In this document: piece after piece, positions 43,520 through 54,233 of the stretch
Position numbering within the stretch: the first letter of the stretch is position 1
Layout: the number at the start of each line of letters is the position of its first letter
Source of the DNA: Gammaproteobacteria bacterium
GTDB lineage: Bacteria > Pseudomonadota > Gammaproteobacteria > SZUA-140
Reading direction: 5' to 3'
Length of the DNA stretch: 64,000 nt
Assembly (NCBI GenBank): GCA_016716465.1
Contig: JADJWH010000001.1
Span: 685,414-749,413, forward strand
Notes under the pieces: generated by a model
What the model was told of the DNA's origin: nothing
Databases searched by the model: none
The model's input: only the letters and a program-made list of their open reading frames with translations
Position numbers and translations under genes: made by a program

Positions 43520-44419
43520 TTATTGACCTGGTCCCTGGCCCTGAGTCGATAGTCCTGTTTTTGTAATGGACATCCACAGCAATCCCATCCGGTCCATTCG
43601 CGTCAGCCGCGGCCGGCGGAAGACATCCTCCCGCTGTTTTGCGAGGCGGTCGAGCACGCGGCGGGCACCGAACAGAATCATGCGCAGTTCGAGTCCGAGG
43701 CGGCCGCGCAACTGCCAGCCGAGCGGGGCGCCGGTGACCAGGAGCGCGCGGATGCGGTCGAGCTGAAGATCGACCAGGCGGAGCATCGCGGGATCGGTGC
43801 GGCCCGCGGCAATCGCATCCTCACTGACACCGCATTCGCGCATATCCTGTTGCGGAAGATAGATGCGGCCGTGTTCGTGATAATCCTGACGGATATCCTG
43901 CAGGAAATTGATCAACTGCAGGGCGCTGCAGATCGCATCGGAGAGGGAGAGCTTGCCGGGTTCGGCCTCGCCGTACAGGTGCAGCAGCAGCCGGCCGACG
44001 GGATTGGCCGAACGGCGGCAGTAATCCAGCACCTCGGCGAAATCCTCATAGCGCTTCCGCGTCACGTCCTGGCTGAAGGCGTCGAGCAGGTCGTGAAACA
44101 GCGGCAGCGGGAGCCGGAAGCGCCGCCGGCAGTCGTCCAGCGCGATGAAGACCGGGTCGTTGCCCGGGTCGCCCGCGGCCATTTCGTCCAGGCGACGCGC
44201 AAAGTCGCGCAACAGGGCGATCCGGGTCTCGGGCGCGCGCGCCTCCTCGTCGGCGAAATCGTCCGCCGTGCGGGCATAGGCATAGATGGCCGCGACCGGG
44301 CCGCGCAGGCGCGCGGGGACGGCGAGCGAAGCGACCGGAAAATTTTCGTAATGGCGGCGTGCCAGGCCGAGGCAGTAGTGATAGGCGTCGCGCACCTGCG
44401 CGGCGGACGGGGCGGACAT
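43520..44419 (-). CDS. hpnC: Squalene synthase HpnC
   Basis: YCLGLARRHYENFPVAS...YARTADDFADE. Confidence 0.75.
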   Translation of the reverse strand: MSAPSAAQVRDAYHYCLGLARRHYENFPVASLAVPARLRGPVAAIYAYARTADDFADEEARAPETRIALLRDFARRLDEMAAGDPGNDPVFIALDDCRRRFRLPLPLFHDLLDAFSQDVTRKRYEDFAEVLDYCRRSANPVGRLLLHLYGEAEPGKLSLSDAICSALQLINFLQDIRQDYHEHGRIYLPQQDMRECGVSEDAIAAGRTDPAMLRLVDLQLDRIRALLVTGAPLGWQLRGRLGLELRMILFGARRVLDRLAKQREDVFRRPRLTRMDRMGLLWMSITKTGLSTQGQGPGQ

Positions 44420-45690
44420 CAGCCCTCCGGTGTGTCGTCAGTCATGCGCCGCACATCCTGCTCGATCTGTTCCGGTGCGTCGAGCGGCTTCGCGCCGCTG
44501 ATGCCAAGCTCGGTGAACTTGCGCGCGCCGCTCATCACCTGGCGCTCGTAGGAGCCGACAGCCTTGTTGTAGGTCTCTACACTCCCCTTGAGCTGGCGCC
44601 CGATCTTGTCGAGGTGCTCGCCGAAGGTGGCGAGGCGCTTGTAGAGGTCTTCGCCGAGATCGCGTATGCGTTCGGCGTTTTCGGTGATGGCCTCCTGGTT
44701 CCAGCCGAAGGCGATCGCGCGCAGCAGGGCGACCAGGCTGGTCGGCGTGGCGAGGATGACCTTGCGGGCGAGCGCATCCTCGAGCAGGGCCGGATCGTGA
44801 TCGAGCGCGGCGCTCAGGAAGTGTTCGCCGGGGATGAACAGCACGACGAAGTCCGGGCTGTGCTTGAACTGGCTCCAGTAGGCCTTGCCGGCCAGTTCCT
44901 GCACGCGCTCGCGCACCTTGCGGCTGTGGCGTTCCAGGTGCTGGCGTCGCGTCGCGTCATCGGCCGCCTCGACCGCGCTGAGGTAGGCGTCGAGCGGTGT
45001 CTTCACGTCAACCACGATCTCGCGCCCGCCCGGCATGCGCACGATCATGTCGGGTCGGATCGCACCCTCCGTGGTGCCGGTGTGCTCCTGTTCGTAGAAG
45101 TCGCAATGCTGCACCATGCCGGCAAGCTCGACCAGCCGGCGCAGCGTCAGTTCGCCCCACTGTCCGCGCACCTCGGGACGGCGCAGGGCCTGCACCAGAT
45201 TGCGCGTCTCGCCGTGCAGCAGCTGCTGGGTCTGGGCCAGTGACTCCAGGTGCTTGCTGATCGAACCGTAGGCCTCCTTGCGCTCGTGCTCGATCTCGCG
45301 GATCTGGCTGCGGGTCTTTTCCAGCAGTTCCTTGATCGGCGCCACGAGGTGCTCGATCGCCTGTTCCTTCTTGGCCAGATCACCCTCGGCCTGGATGTGG
45401 AATTGCCTGAGCTTTTCCTGCGCCAGGCGCAGGAATTCGGCATTGTTGTTCTTCAGCGCTTCCAGCGAAAGCGCCGCGAAGGTATCACCGAGTTGTGAAC
45501 GCGCCTGTTCCAGCGCCTGCAGCTTCTCCTGCGCCGACCGGCGTTCGAGTTCGAGCGTGGTGTTCAGCTCGGCGAGGCGCAGCTCGAGCGCGAGCTGGCG
45601 GCGCTGGGCGTGCAGGCGCGCCAGGATGAAGCCGGCGAGGAAGGCGGCAAGGACCGCGACGCCCGCGAGGATCAGTCCTTCCGCTGTCAT
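44419..45690 (-). CDS. rmuC: DNA recombination protein RmuC
   Basis: N-terminal TM helix, a long coiled coil, and a C-terminal RmuC nuclease-like domain. Confidence 0.8.
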   Translation of the reverse strand: MTAEGLILAGVAVLAAFLAGFILARLHAQRRQLALELRLAELNTTLELERRSAQEKLQALEQARSQLGDTFAALSLEALKNNNAEFLRLAQEKLRQFHIQAEGDLAKKEQAIEHLVAPIKELLEKTRSQIREIEHERKEAYGSISKHLESLAQTQQLLHGETRNLVQALRRPEVRGQWGELTLRRLVELAGMVQHCDFYEQEHTGTTEGAIRPDMIVRMPGGREIVVDVKTPLDAYLSAVEAADDATRRQHLERHSRKVRERVQELAGKAYWSQFKHSPDFVVLFIPGEHFLSAALDHDPALLEDALARKVILATPTSLVALLRAIAFGWNQEAITENAERIRDLGEDLYKRLATFGEHLDKIGRQLKGSVETYNKAVGSYERQVMSGARKFTELGISGAKPLDAPEQIEQDVRRMTDDTPEG

Positions 45691-45702
45691 GCGCGCGCGC
45701 GC

Positions 45703-46383
45703 TCAGGCATGGGCGTTCAGCCAGTCGAGAATGTCGAGCGGGGTGTCGATCATCCCGTCCGCGTCCCATTCATGCGGGCGGTCATCCTGTCCCAGGTACC
45801 CGAACAGCGCCACCAGGGTCTTCATGCCGGCGGCGCGTCCGGCCTCGATGTCGCGCCGGGCGTCACCGATGTAGAGACATTGTTCCGGCGCCACGCCGAC
45901 CAGTGCGCTGGCGTGCAGCAGCGGTTCGGGGTGGGGCTTGCGGTTGCGCGTGCTGTCGCCGCTGATGACGCAGGCCGCGCGCGGCGCCAGGCCAAGGTCC
46001 TTCAGCAGAGGTTCCGTCAGCCAGGCGGGCTTGTTGGTCACGACACCCCACTTCACGCCGCGGTTCTCCAGCGTGGCGAGGACCTCATCCATGCCGTCGA
46101 ACAGACGCGAATCCTGCATCAGCCGCTCGCGGTACAGGTCCAGGAAACGCTGGCGCAAGGCCGCGAAACTCGCGTCCTGCTCATCGATCCCGAATCCGAC
46201 CTGGACCATGGCGCGGGCGCCGTGCGAGACATGCGGACGGATGACGTCAAACGGCAACGGCTCCAGCCCCCGCTCCGCGCGCAGGACATTCAGTGTCGCG
46301 GCGAGATCGGGCGCGGTGTCCACCAGCGTGCCGTCAAGATCGAACAGGAAGCAATGGGGAATCTGGTTGGTATTGGAGGTCAT
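45703..46383 (-). CDS. gph: Phosphoglycolate phosphatase (HAD family)
   Basis: CFLFDLDGTLVDTAPDL. Confidence 0.85.
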   Translation of the reverse strand: MTSNTNQIPHCFLFDLDGTLVDTAPDLAATLNVLRAERGLEPLPFDVIRPHVSHGARAMVQVGFGIDEQDASFAALRQRFLDLYRERLMQDSRLFDGMDEVLATLENRGVKWGVVTNKPAWLTEPLLKDLGLAPRAACVISGDSTRNRKPHPEPLLHASALVGVAPEQCLYIGDARRDIEAGRAAGMKTLVALFGYLGQDDRPHEWDADGMIDTPLDILDWLNAHA

Positions 46384-46391
46384 GAATAAAG

Positions 46392-46529
46392 AACTCAGGA
46401 CTCAGGACTCAGGACTCAGGACCGGGGACTGAGAAAAACAATACGGTTCTGTTTTTGGCATCGAGCCTGGATAACCATCTACGAAAAAAAATGTTTTCAC
46501 TTGGCCCTTAGTCCTGAGACCTCAGTCCC
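46392..46529. repeat. Inverted GGACTCA heptamer arrays ((AGGACTC)x4 ... CTTAGTCCTGAGACCTCAGTCC) between ubiG and gph
   Basis: The right array supplies the last two codons and the TGA stop of ubiG; the left array abuts the gph start. Confidence 0.6.
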
Positions 46530-47259
46530 GTGTCTTGACGGCATGCACCAGATAATTCACATCCACGTCATGTCCCAGCGCGTAGCGCCGCGTGAGCGGA
46601 TTGTAGCTGAGGCCGGCAAGTTCACGCACTTCAAGTCCGGCGGCGCGCAGCCAGCGGCCGAGTTCCGAGGGGCGGATGAAGCGGGCATAATCATGCGTGC
46701 CCTGGGGCAGCATGCGCAGCACGTATTCCGCGCCGACAATGGCGAGCAGATAGGCCTTGGGGGTGCGGTTCAACGTCGAGAAGAACAGGTGCGCGCCCGG
46801 ACGCGCAAGGTCCGCGCAGGACTGGACCAGTGCGGCCGGATCGGGCACATGCTCGAGCAGTTCCATGCAGGTGACGACGTCCGCCGTGGCGGGCGACTGC
46901 GCCGCCAGTTCCTCGGCGCCGATGCAGCGATAGTCGACCTGTCGCCCGGTTTCGAGCAGGTGCAGGCGCGCAACCGAGAGCGCGGACGCCGCCAGATCGA
47001 TGCCGGTGACGCTGGCGCCGAGCCCGGCCATACCTTCGGCGAGAAGTCCGCCGCCACAACCGACATCGATGACCGCCTTCCCCGCGATCCGCGCGCGCGC
47101 GTCGATGAAACCCAGGCGCAACGGATTGATGTCGTGCAGCGTCTTGAACTGTCCCTGGGGATCCCACCAGCGCGCCGCCAGGGCGTCGAACTTGGCGACT
47201 TCGGCGGGGTCGACATTGGTCCTGGTTTCGCTCATATCGATCAATGTGTCATGCCTCAC
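46522..47259 (-). CDS. ubiG: Ubiquinone biosynthesis O-methyltransferase
   Basis: [19 protein letters not shown]-binding motif. Confidence 0.9.
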   Translation of the reverse strand: MRHDTLIDMSETRTNVDPAEVAKFDALAARWWDPQGQFKTLHDINPLRLGFIDARARIAGKAVIDVGCGGGLLAEGMAGLGASVTGIDLAASALSVARLHLLETGRQVDYRCIGAEELAAQSPATADVVTCMELLEHVPDPAALVQSCADLARPGAHLFFSTLNRTPKAYLLAIVGAEYVLRMLPQGTHDYARFIRPSELGRWLRAAGLEVRELAGLSYNPLTRRYALGHDVDVNYLVHAVKTRD

Positions 47260-47337
47260 GTCTCAACTCATCGCTCTTCCCGATCTTCTCCCGCCACATC
47301 TCGGCATTCACCAGGATGGCATCCTCGTCCAGGGTCG

Positions 47338-48585
47338 TCAGGCGACGATCCTGAGCAGATGGCGGCCGGCGACCCAGACGTCGCTGACCTGCTGGCGCCC
47401 GCAGGCGTAGACCAGTTGCGAGATGGGGTGATAGACGGGACGGGATTCGATGTCACCCAGGCGAACCGCGACGACGTCGGCGGATTTTCCGCGCCGCAGG
47501 GAACCGATCTCATCATCGAGGCCGAGGGCGCGCGCGCCGTTGAGCGTGGCCATGCGCAGGGCCGTAGCGGCGGGCAGCGCGCTGGCATCGCCGGCCACGG
47601 CCTTGGCGAGCAGGGCGGCGGTGCGCATCTCGCCGAACATGTCGAGATCGTTGTTGCTGGCGGCGCCGTCGGTGCCGAGCGCGACGTTGACGCCGGCCCG
47701 CAGCAGCTTGTGCACCGGACAGAAGCCGCTGGCGAGCTTGAGGTTGGATTCGGGACAGTGGATCACCTGCGCGCCGGTGTGCGCGAGACGCGCGATCTCG
47801 GCGTCGTCGAGCTGTGTCATGTGTACGGCAAGCAGGCGCGGGGACAGCAGGCCGAGCTGTTCCAGGCGCGCGATGGGCCGCTGTCCGTGGTGTTCGAGGC
47901 TGCCGTTGATCTCATCCGCCGTCTCGTGCACGTGCATGTGGACGGGGATATCCAGCTCGTCGGCCAGGGTGCGGATCTTGTGCAACGGCTCGTCCGAGAC
48001 GGTGTACGGCGCGTGGGGGGCGAACACGGTGCGGATGAGGGGATCGCCGCGATAGCGGTCGTGCAGTTCGAGACCCTTGGACAGATATTCCGCCGCGTCC
48101 GCCGCCCAGGCGGTGGGGAAGTCGATCATGATCAGGCCGATCGCCGCGCGTATGCCGGCATGGCTGGCCGCGCGCGCCGTTTCGTCCGGGAAGAAATACA
48201 TGTCGTTGAAACAGGTGGTGCCGCCGCGCAGCATCTCCGCGATGGCGTGCTGCGAGCCCTGGAAGACGAACTCGGGGCCGACCCAGGCCGCCTCAGCGGG
48301 CCAGATGTGATCGCGCAGCCATTGCATCAGCGGCAGATCATCGGACAGACCGCGGAACAGGCACATCGCGGCATGGGTATGCGCGTTGACCAGTCCAGGG
48401 ATCAGCGCATGTTCGTCCAGGCGCAGTTCCTGCGCGGCGCCGTAGCGGCGCACCGCCTCGGATGAAGGCAGGATCTCGGTGATACGCCCGCCCTGGATCG
48501 CGAGGGCGTGGTGTTCGTATACCGCGCCTTCCGGCTCGACCGGGATGATCCAGCGCGCGTGAATGAGGGTGTCGACCGTCGTCAT
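47338..48585 (-). CDS. mtaD: 5-methylthioadenosine/S-adenosylhomocysteine deaminase (amidohydrolase)
   Basis: MTTVDTLIHARWIIPV...LIPGLVNAHTHAAM. The longer ORF to 49029 is an upstream extension. Confidence 0.8.
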   Translation of the reverse strand: MTTVDTLIHARWIIPVEPEGAVYEHHALAIQGGRITEILPSSEAVRRYGAAQELRLDEHALIPGLVNAHTHAAMCLFRGLSDDLPLMQWLRDHIWPAEAAWVGPEFVFQGSQHAIAEMLRGGTTCFNDMYFFPDETARAASHAGIRAAIGLIMIDFPTAWAADAAEYLSKGLELHDRYRGDPLIRTVFAPHAPYTVSDEPLHKIRTLADELDIPVHMHVHETADEINGSLEHHGQRPIARLEQLGLLSPRLLAVHMTQLDDAEIARLAHTGAQVIHCPESNLKLASGFCPVHKLLRAGVNVALGTDGAASNNDLDMFGEMRTAALLAKAVAGDASALPAATALRMATLNGARALGLDDEIGSLRRGKSADVVAVRLGDIESRPVYHPISQLVYACGRQQVSDVWVAGRHLLRIVA

Positions 48586-48661
48586 GGAAAGGCCTGCCGG
48601 AATCGGGGTCCCGCTAGTATAGCGGGAAGCCGCGCCGGAAATCACCCGCGCGGGAGCAGGC

Positions 48662-49156
48662 CTACTCGGTGTGGCGGACGATGTAGATCTCGACGCGGCG
48701 GTTGCGTGCGCGTCCTTCGCGCGTCCAGTTCTCGTCGATGGGGGTATGCTCGCCCAGTCCGCCGAGGCGGACCAGCTCGGCTGCGATCCCCTGGCCGAGC
48801 AGATAATCGCGCACGGCGTTCGAACGGCGGTCGGACAGGAGGTCGTTGTAATTCTCACCGGCGGTATAGTCGGCATGCCCCTGGATGATGACGCGATCCA
48901 CGCCCGTCGCGTGCCGGAGATATAGCGCCGCGTCGTCCAGGACGTTGCGCGCCTGCTCGTCCAGCAGGTCCTGGTCATGCGCAAAGAAGACATGGCGCAG
49001 GGGAATGAATTCGAACCGGACGCCGACACCGGTCGCGGATCCTGTGGTATCCGCTGCCAATACCGGCGTCGCGCCCTCGTCGGCGGCGGAGCTGACGCCT
49101 GTGACCAGCAGGGCGGCGGCCATGGCGTACGGAAGCGAATGCGAACGGGATCTCAT
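48662..49156 (-). CDS. OmpA-family peptidoglycan-associated protein
   Basis: Signal peptide and an OmpA-like C-terminal domain (NRRVEIYIV). Confidence 0.7.
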   Translation of the reverse strand: MRSRSHSLPYAMAAALLVTGVSSAADEGATPVLAADTTGSATGVGVRFEFIPLRHVFFAHDQDLLDEQARNVLDDAALYLRHATGVDRVIIQGHADYTAGENYNDLLSDRRSNAVRDYLLGQGIAAELVRLGGLGEHTPIDENWTREGRARNRRVEIYIVRHTE

Positions 49157-49298
49157 CCTGGGAATTATCGGCCGCGACGAGCGTCTCTTAACTGCGCCGC
49201 ACGGGTCCGGAGTGGTAGAATATGGCCCTGCCTGCCCCCCGGGCGGCGGTGCCGCCTCCAGACGGCATCCATGACCAACTGACACGGAATTACCCGCG

Positions 49299-50345
49299 AT
49301 GAACCTCGATACCCATGACAGTGTTCGGCCCATACTCTGGCGCGACGGAAGCCTGTGGTTGATTGATCAGCGGTTGCTGCCCCAGCGCAAGGAGCAGGTC
49401 ATCTGCCGGGATGTTGCGGCGGTAGCGGAAGCGATCCGTAACATGACCGTGCGCGGCGCGCCGGCGATCGGCATCACGGCCGCCTACGGCGTGGTGCTGG
49501 CGGCGCGCGACCGCTTCGATACCGCGCCCGGGTCATGGCGTGAGGCGATCGAAGAGGACCTGCAGCTCCTCGCCGGCACGCGGCCCACCGCGGTGAACCT
49601 GTTCTGGGCGATCGACCGCATGCGCGCGGCGATCGCCGACTGCGACGGCGGCCCGGGCGTGCGCCTGCTGGAAGAGGCGCGCGCGATCCACGAGGCGGAT
49701 ATCGCCGACAACCGCAGGATGGGTCAGATCGGCGCCGCGCTGATCGAGACGCCCTGCGCGGTGCTGACCCACTGCAACGCGGGTTCGCTGGCGACCGGCG
49801 GATTCGGTACCGCGCTCGGCGTGATTCGCGCCGGCTACGTCACCGACCGTATCCGGCGCGTCTATGCCGACGAGACCCGCCCCTGGCTCCAGGGCGCGCG
49901 GCTGACGGCCTGGGAACTGCTCGAGGACCGCATCCCGGTGACCCTGATCGCGGAGGGCGCGGGCGCCCACCTGATGAAGCAGGGCGAGGTCGGCTGGCTG
50001 ATCGTGGGCTCGGACCGCATCGCCGCCAATGGCGATGTGGCGAACAAGATCGGGACCTATGGGGCGGCGATTGCCGCGCGCCATCATGGGGTCAAGGTCA
50101 TGGTGGTCGCGCCGACCTCGACCATCGACATGAACACGCCGGGCGGCGGGGCGATCCCGATCGAGACGCGGCGCGAGGAGGAACTGCTCGCGCTCGCCGG
50201 GCAGGGGATCGCTGCCGCCGGGGCGCGCGCCTGGAACCCGGTGTTCGACGTGACTCCGGCCGGACTGGTCGATGCAATCGTCACCGAAAAGGGCGTGGTG
50301 CTGGCGCCCGACGCGGCCAAGATGGCCGCGCTGATGAAGCCCTGA
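49299..50345 (+). CDS. mtnA: S-methyl-5-thioribose-1-phosphate isomerase
   Basis: eIF2B-like fold: [17 protein letters not shown]. Confidence 0.85.
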   Translation: MNLDTHDSVRPILWRDGSLWLIDQRLLPQRKEQVICRDVAAVAEAIRNMTVRGAPAIGITAAYGVVLAARDRFDTAPGSWREAIEEDLQLLAGTRPTAVNLFWAIDRMRAAIADCDGGPGVRLLEEARAIHEADIADNRRMGQIGAALIETPCAVLTHCNAGSLATGGFGTALGVIRAGYVTDRIRRVYADETRPWLQGARLTAWELLEDRIPVTLIAEGAGAHLMKQGEVGWLIVGSDRIAANGDVANKIGTYGAAIAARHHGVKVMVVAPTSTIDMNTPGGGAIPIETRREEELLALAGQGIAAAGARAWNPVFDVTPAGLVDAIVTEKGVVLAPDAAKMAALMKP

Positions 50346-50407
50346 GCCCGCCCGGCCCAGGGCGGCGCCTCACCCGTTAGGAGAAGGTGCGGCGACCGTA
50401 TGCCTTG

Positions 50408-50416
50408 TGCTAGAAT
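50408..50416 (+). promoter_or_regulatory. Extended -10 promoter element (TGcTAGAAT) upstream of gyrA
   Basis: TGnTAGAAT lies ~105 nt before the gyrA ATG. Confidence 0.35.
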
Positions 50417-50522
50417 CCGCCTTTTAAAACGCCCCCGTAAACGGGAAAAATAAATTCAAGGGATCAGGAAGACATGAGTCGGTTGCCGCGCCAGGCGGCG
50501 AGCCGACACCTCGAACCATTCC

Positions 50523-53066
50523 ATGACAGATTCCGCTAAAGAGATTCTCCTCACCAACATCGAAGAGGAGATGAAACAGTCCTATATGGACTACGCCATG
50601 AGCGTGATCGTCGGGCGCGCGCTGCCCGATGTGCGCGACGGCCTCAAACCCGTGCATCGCCGCGTCCTGTACGCGATGCACGGCCTCAACAACGACTGGA
50701 ACAAGCCCTACAAGAAATCCGCCCGCGTGGTCGGTGACGTGATCGGTAAATACCATCCGCACGGCGACACCGCGGTGTACGATTCGATCGTGCGCATGGC
50801 CCAGCCGTTTTCCCTGCGTTACATGCTGGTCGACGGCCAGGGCAACTTCGGCTCGGTCGACGGCGACGCCCCGGCGGCGATGCGCTACACCGAGGTGCGC
50901 ATGTCGCGCATCGCCCATGAGATGCTGGCCGACCTGGAAAAGGAAACCGTCGATTTCGTCCCCAACTACGACGAATCCGAGCAGGAACCTTCGGTGCTGC
51001 CCGCGCGCATCCCGAACCTGCTCATCAACGGTTCCGCGGGCATCGCGGTGGGTCTCGCCACCAATGTGCCGCCGCACAATCTGAACGAGATCGTCAATGC
51101 CTGCATTGCGCTGATCGACAACCCGGCGATCGACATCCAGGGCCTGATGGAACATGTTCCGGGCCCGGATTTCCCCACCGGCGCGATTATCAACGGCGTC
51201 CGCGGCATCCACGAGGCCTACCGCACCGGGCGCGGGCGCATCTACCTGCGCGCGCGCGCCCACTTCGAGACCGACGAGGCGGGTCGCGAGCGCATCATCG
51301 TCACCGAACTGCCGTACCAGGTGAACAAGGCGCTGCTGCTGGAGAAGATCGCGCAGCTGGTGAGGGAGAAGCGGCTCGAGGGCATTTCCGAGCTGCGTGA
51401 TGAGTCCGACAAGGACGGCATGCGCATGGTCATCGAGCTGAAGCGCGGCGAGATGGGCGAGGTGGTGCTGAACAATCTGTATCTGCACACCCAGATGCAG
51501 AACGTGTTCGGTATCAACATGGTCGCGCTGTCCGAAGGACAGCCGCGCCTGCTCAACCTCAAGCAGTCGCTGGAAGCCTTCCTGCAGCACCGGCGCGAAG
51601 TCGTCACGCGGCGGACCATCTTCGACCTGCGCAAGGCGCGCGAACGGGCCCATGTATTGGAGGGACTGACCGTCGCGCTGGCGAACATCGACGAGATCAT
51701 CGCCCTGATCAAGGCGGCCCCCGGCCCGGCCGAGGCCAAGGCCGGATTGATGGCGCGGAGCTGGCCACCCGGCGTGCTGACCGAGATGCTGGCCCAGGGC
51801 GATGCGGGCCTGGCGCGGCCCGAGGGACTGGCGTCGGAGTTCGGTCTGCTCGCGGACGGATACCGCCTGTCGGACGTTCAGGCGCAGGCGATCCTGGATC
51901 TGCGCCTGCACCGCCTGACCGGTCTGGAGCAAGAAAAAATCCGCTCAGAATTTAGAGAGATAATCGAGGCAATTAAAGAGCTAATTGAAATACTGTCGAA
52001 TCCGGGACGCCTGATGCAGGTCATCCGTGACGAACTCCTCGCGGTGCGTGAGCAGTTCGGCGACGCGCGTCGGACCGAGATACAGCACGACCAGACCGAT
52101 CTCTCGATGGAAGACCTGATCCCGCCGGAGGACGTCGTCGTCACGATTTCCCACGGCGGCTACGTCAAATCGCAGCCGGTCGAGATGTACCAGGCTCAGC
52201 GGCGCGGCGGTCGCGGCAAATCGGCCACTTCGATGAAGGAAGCCGACTTTATTGATAAACTCTTCGTGGCCAACACGCACGACGCCATCCTGTGCTTTTC
52301 CAGCCATGGCAAGGTCTACTGGCTGAAGGTCTACGAACTGCCGCAGGCGAGCCGGAACGCCCGCGGCAAGCCGTTCGTGAACATACTGCCGCTGGAAGAG
52401 CACGAACGCATCAACGCCGTGCTTCCGGTGCGCGAGTACGCGGATGACAAGTTCATCTTCATGGCCACCAGCAACGGGACCGTGAAGAAGACGCCGCTGA
52501 CGGATTTTTCGCGTCCCCGCTCGAACGGCATCATCGCCATCGAGCTGGAGGAGGGAAATCACCTCATCGGGGTGGACATCACGGACGGCAGCAAGGATAT
52601 CCTGCTGGTATCCAGCAGCGGCAAGGCGGCGCGTTTCACGGAGAGCGACGTGCGGCCGATGGGCCGGGTCTCGCGCGGCGTGCGCGGCATCAAGCTGGCG
52701 GAGGATCAGCGCGTGATCTCGCTGCTGATCGTGGACGACAAGGGCTATGTGCTGACCGCGACCGAGCACGGTTACGGCAAGCGCACCTCCATCGGTGAGT
52801 ACCCGGTGCACGGGCGTGGCGGGCAGGGCGTCATTTCCATCCAGACCTCCGAGCGCAATGGCCAGGTGGTGGGCGCGGAGCTGGTGTTCGATGGCGATGA
52901 GATCATGCTGATCACGGCGGGCGGCACGCTGGTGCGGACCCATGTGGACGAGATATCGGTACAGGGACGCAATACCCAGGGCGTGCGCCTGATGCGTCTC
53001 GATGAGGGTGAACGTCTGGTCGGCATCGACCGGTTCGAGAGTCTGGAAGAAGAAGAGTCGGAGTAA
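50523..53066 (+). CDS. gyrA: DNA gyrase subunit A
   Basis: [26 protein letters not shown]...[17 protein letters not shown]. Confidence 0.97.
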   Translation: MTDSAKEILLTNIEEEMKQSYMDYAMSVIVGRALPDVRDGLKPVHRRVLYAMHGLNNDWNKPYKKSARVVGDVIGKYHPHGDTAVYDSIVRMAQPFSLRYMLVDGQGNFGSVDGDAPAAMRYTEVRMSRIAHEMLADLEKETVDFVPNYDESEQEPSVLPARIPNLLINGSAGIAVGLATNVPPHNLNEIVNACIALIDNPAIDIQGLMEHVPGPDFPTGAIINGVRGIHEAYRTGRGRIYLRARAHFETDEAGRERIIVTELPYQVNKALLLEKIAQLVREKRLEGISELRDESDKDGMRMVIELKRGEMGEVVLNNLYLHTQMQNVFGINMVALSEGQPRLLNLKQSLEAFLQHRREVVTRRTIFDLRKARERAHVLEGLTVALANIDEIIALIKAAPGPAEAKAGLMARSWPPGVLTEMLAQGDAGLARPEGLASEFGLLADGYRLSDVQAQAILDLRLHRLTGLEQEKIRSEFREIIEAIKELIEILSNPGRLMQVIRDELLAVREQFGDARRTEIQHDQTDLSMEDLIPPEDVVVTISHGGYVKSQPVEMYQAQRRGGRGKSATSMKEADFIDKLFVANTHDAILCFSSHGKVYWLKVYELPQASRNARGKPFVNILPLEEHERINAVLPVREYADDKFIFMATSNGTVKKTPLTDFSRPRSNGIIAIELEEGNHLIGVDITDGSKDILLVSSSGKAARFTESDVRPMGRVSRGVRGIKLAEDQRVISLLIVDDKGYVLTATEHGYGKRTSIGEYPVHGRGGQGVISIQTSERNGQVVGAELVFDGDEIMLITAGGTLVRTHVDEISVQGRNTQGVRLMRLDEGERLVGIDRFESLEEEESE

Positions 53067-53074
53067 GCACAGAC

Positions 53075-54157
53075 ATGACACGCGTCTACAATTTCAGCGC
53101 CGGCCCGGCCATGCTGCCGGAGGAAGTGCTCAAGCGCGCCAGCGAGGAGATGCTCGACTGGCACGGCAGCGGCATGTCGGTGATGGAGATGAGCCATCGC
53201 GGCAAGGCCTACCTGTCGATCGCGCGACAGGCCGAAGCCGACCTGCGCGAGCTGCTGGCCATCCCGTCCAATTACAAGGTCCTGTTCCTGCAGGGCGGCG
53301 CCAGCCTGCAGTTTTCCATGGTGCCGATCAACCTGCTGCGCGGCAAGCGCACGGCGGACTATATCAATACCGGCGCCTGGTCGAAGAAGGCGATCGAGGA
53401 GGCGCAGCGCTTCTGCGAGGTGAACGTCGCGGCGAGTTCGTCCGCCAGCAAGTTCACCACCGTACCGCCGCGCGCCGAGTGGAAGCTGAATCCGGACGCC
53501 GCCTATGTGCATTACACGCCCAACGAGACGATCGGCGGCGTGGAATTCCCGTTCATCCCGGACACCGGCGCCGTACCGCTGGTCGCCGACATGTCGTCCA
53601 CGCTGCTGTCGCGGCCGATCGACGTAACCCGGTTCGGCGTGATCTATGCCGGCGCCCAGAAGAATATCGGCCCCGCCGGCCTGGTCATCGTCATCGTGCG
53701 TGAGGACCTCATCGGCGCGGCGCTGCCCGGCATGCCGGTCATGCTCGACTACAAGACCCATGCCGAGAACGAATCGATGTACAACACCCCGCCGACCTAC
53801 AGCTGGTACATCGCCGGCCTGGTGTTCGACTGGCTGAAGCGCCTCGGCGGCCTGGCCGCGATGGCGAAGATCAACCAGCGCAAGGCGGCCAAGCTGTACG
53901 ACTACATCGATGCCTCCGGTTTTTATCGCAATCCGGTCGACAAACCCAGCCGCTCGTGGATGAACGTACCCTTCACGCTGCCGAACGAGGCGCTCGACGC
54001 GGTCTTCCTGAAGGAGGCCGATGCGCAGGGGCTCACCACACTGCAGGGCCACCGCTCCGTCGGCGGGATGCGCGCCAGCATCTACAACTCCGTGCCCGAG
54101 GCCGGGGTGGACGCGCTGGTGGAATTCATGAAGGGTTTTGCCAAGCGGAACGGGTAA
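53075..54157 (+). CDS. serC: Phosphoserine aminotransferase
   Basis: MTRVYNFSAGPAMLPEEVL. Confidence 0.95.
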   Translation: MTRVYNFSAGPAMLPEEVLKRASEEMLDWHGSGMSVMEMSHRGKAYLSIARQAEADLRELLAIPSNYKVLFLQGGASLQFSMVPINLLRGKRTADYINTGAWSKKAIEEAQRFCEVNVAASSSASKFTTVPPRAEWKLNPDAAYVHYTPNETIGGVEFPFIPDTGAVPLVADMSSTLLSRPIDVTRFGVIYAGAQKNIGPAGLVIVIVREDLIGAALPGMPVMLDYKTHAENESMYNTPPTYSWYIAGLVFDWLKRLGGLAAMAKINQRKAAKLYDYIDASGFYRNPVDKPSRSWMNVPFTLPNEALDAVFLKEADAQGLTTLQGHRSVGGMRASIYNSVPEAGVDALVEFMKGFAKRNG

Positions 54158-54160
54158 ATA

Positions 54161-54189
54161 CCTCAGGACCGAGGACTTAGGACTGAGTA
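54161..54189. repeat. GGACTNA heptamer array directly after the serC stop
   Basis: cctcaggaccgaggacttaggactgag. Confidence 0.5.
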
Positions 54190-54233
54190 GGCAACACCAT
54201 TCACCCATCACCTGTTGTGATTGCTGAGGTGTC

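Noticed and set aside
43417-44419. hpnC-hpnD-hpnE cluster as part of a complete hopanoid locus
   Set aside because: No squalene-hopene cyclase (shc) or hpnH/G is present within the window, so whether this strain makes hopanoids or only squalene cannot be judged from here.
50750-50810. GyrA quinolone-resistance region reads [17 protein letters not shown] (Thr/Ser swapped relative to the E. coli S83/D87 context)
   Set aside because: Thr at the position-83 equivalent and other residues at position 87 are common natural variants across proteobacteria. This cannot be called a resistance mutation without a species reference.
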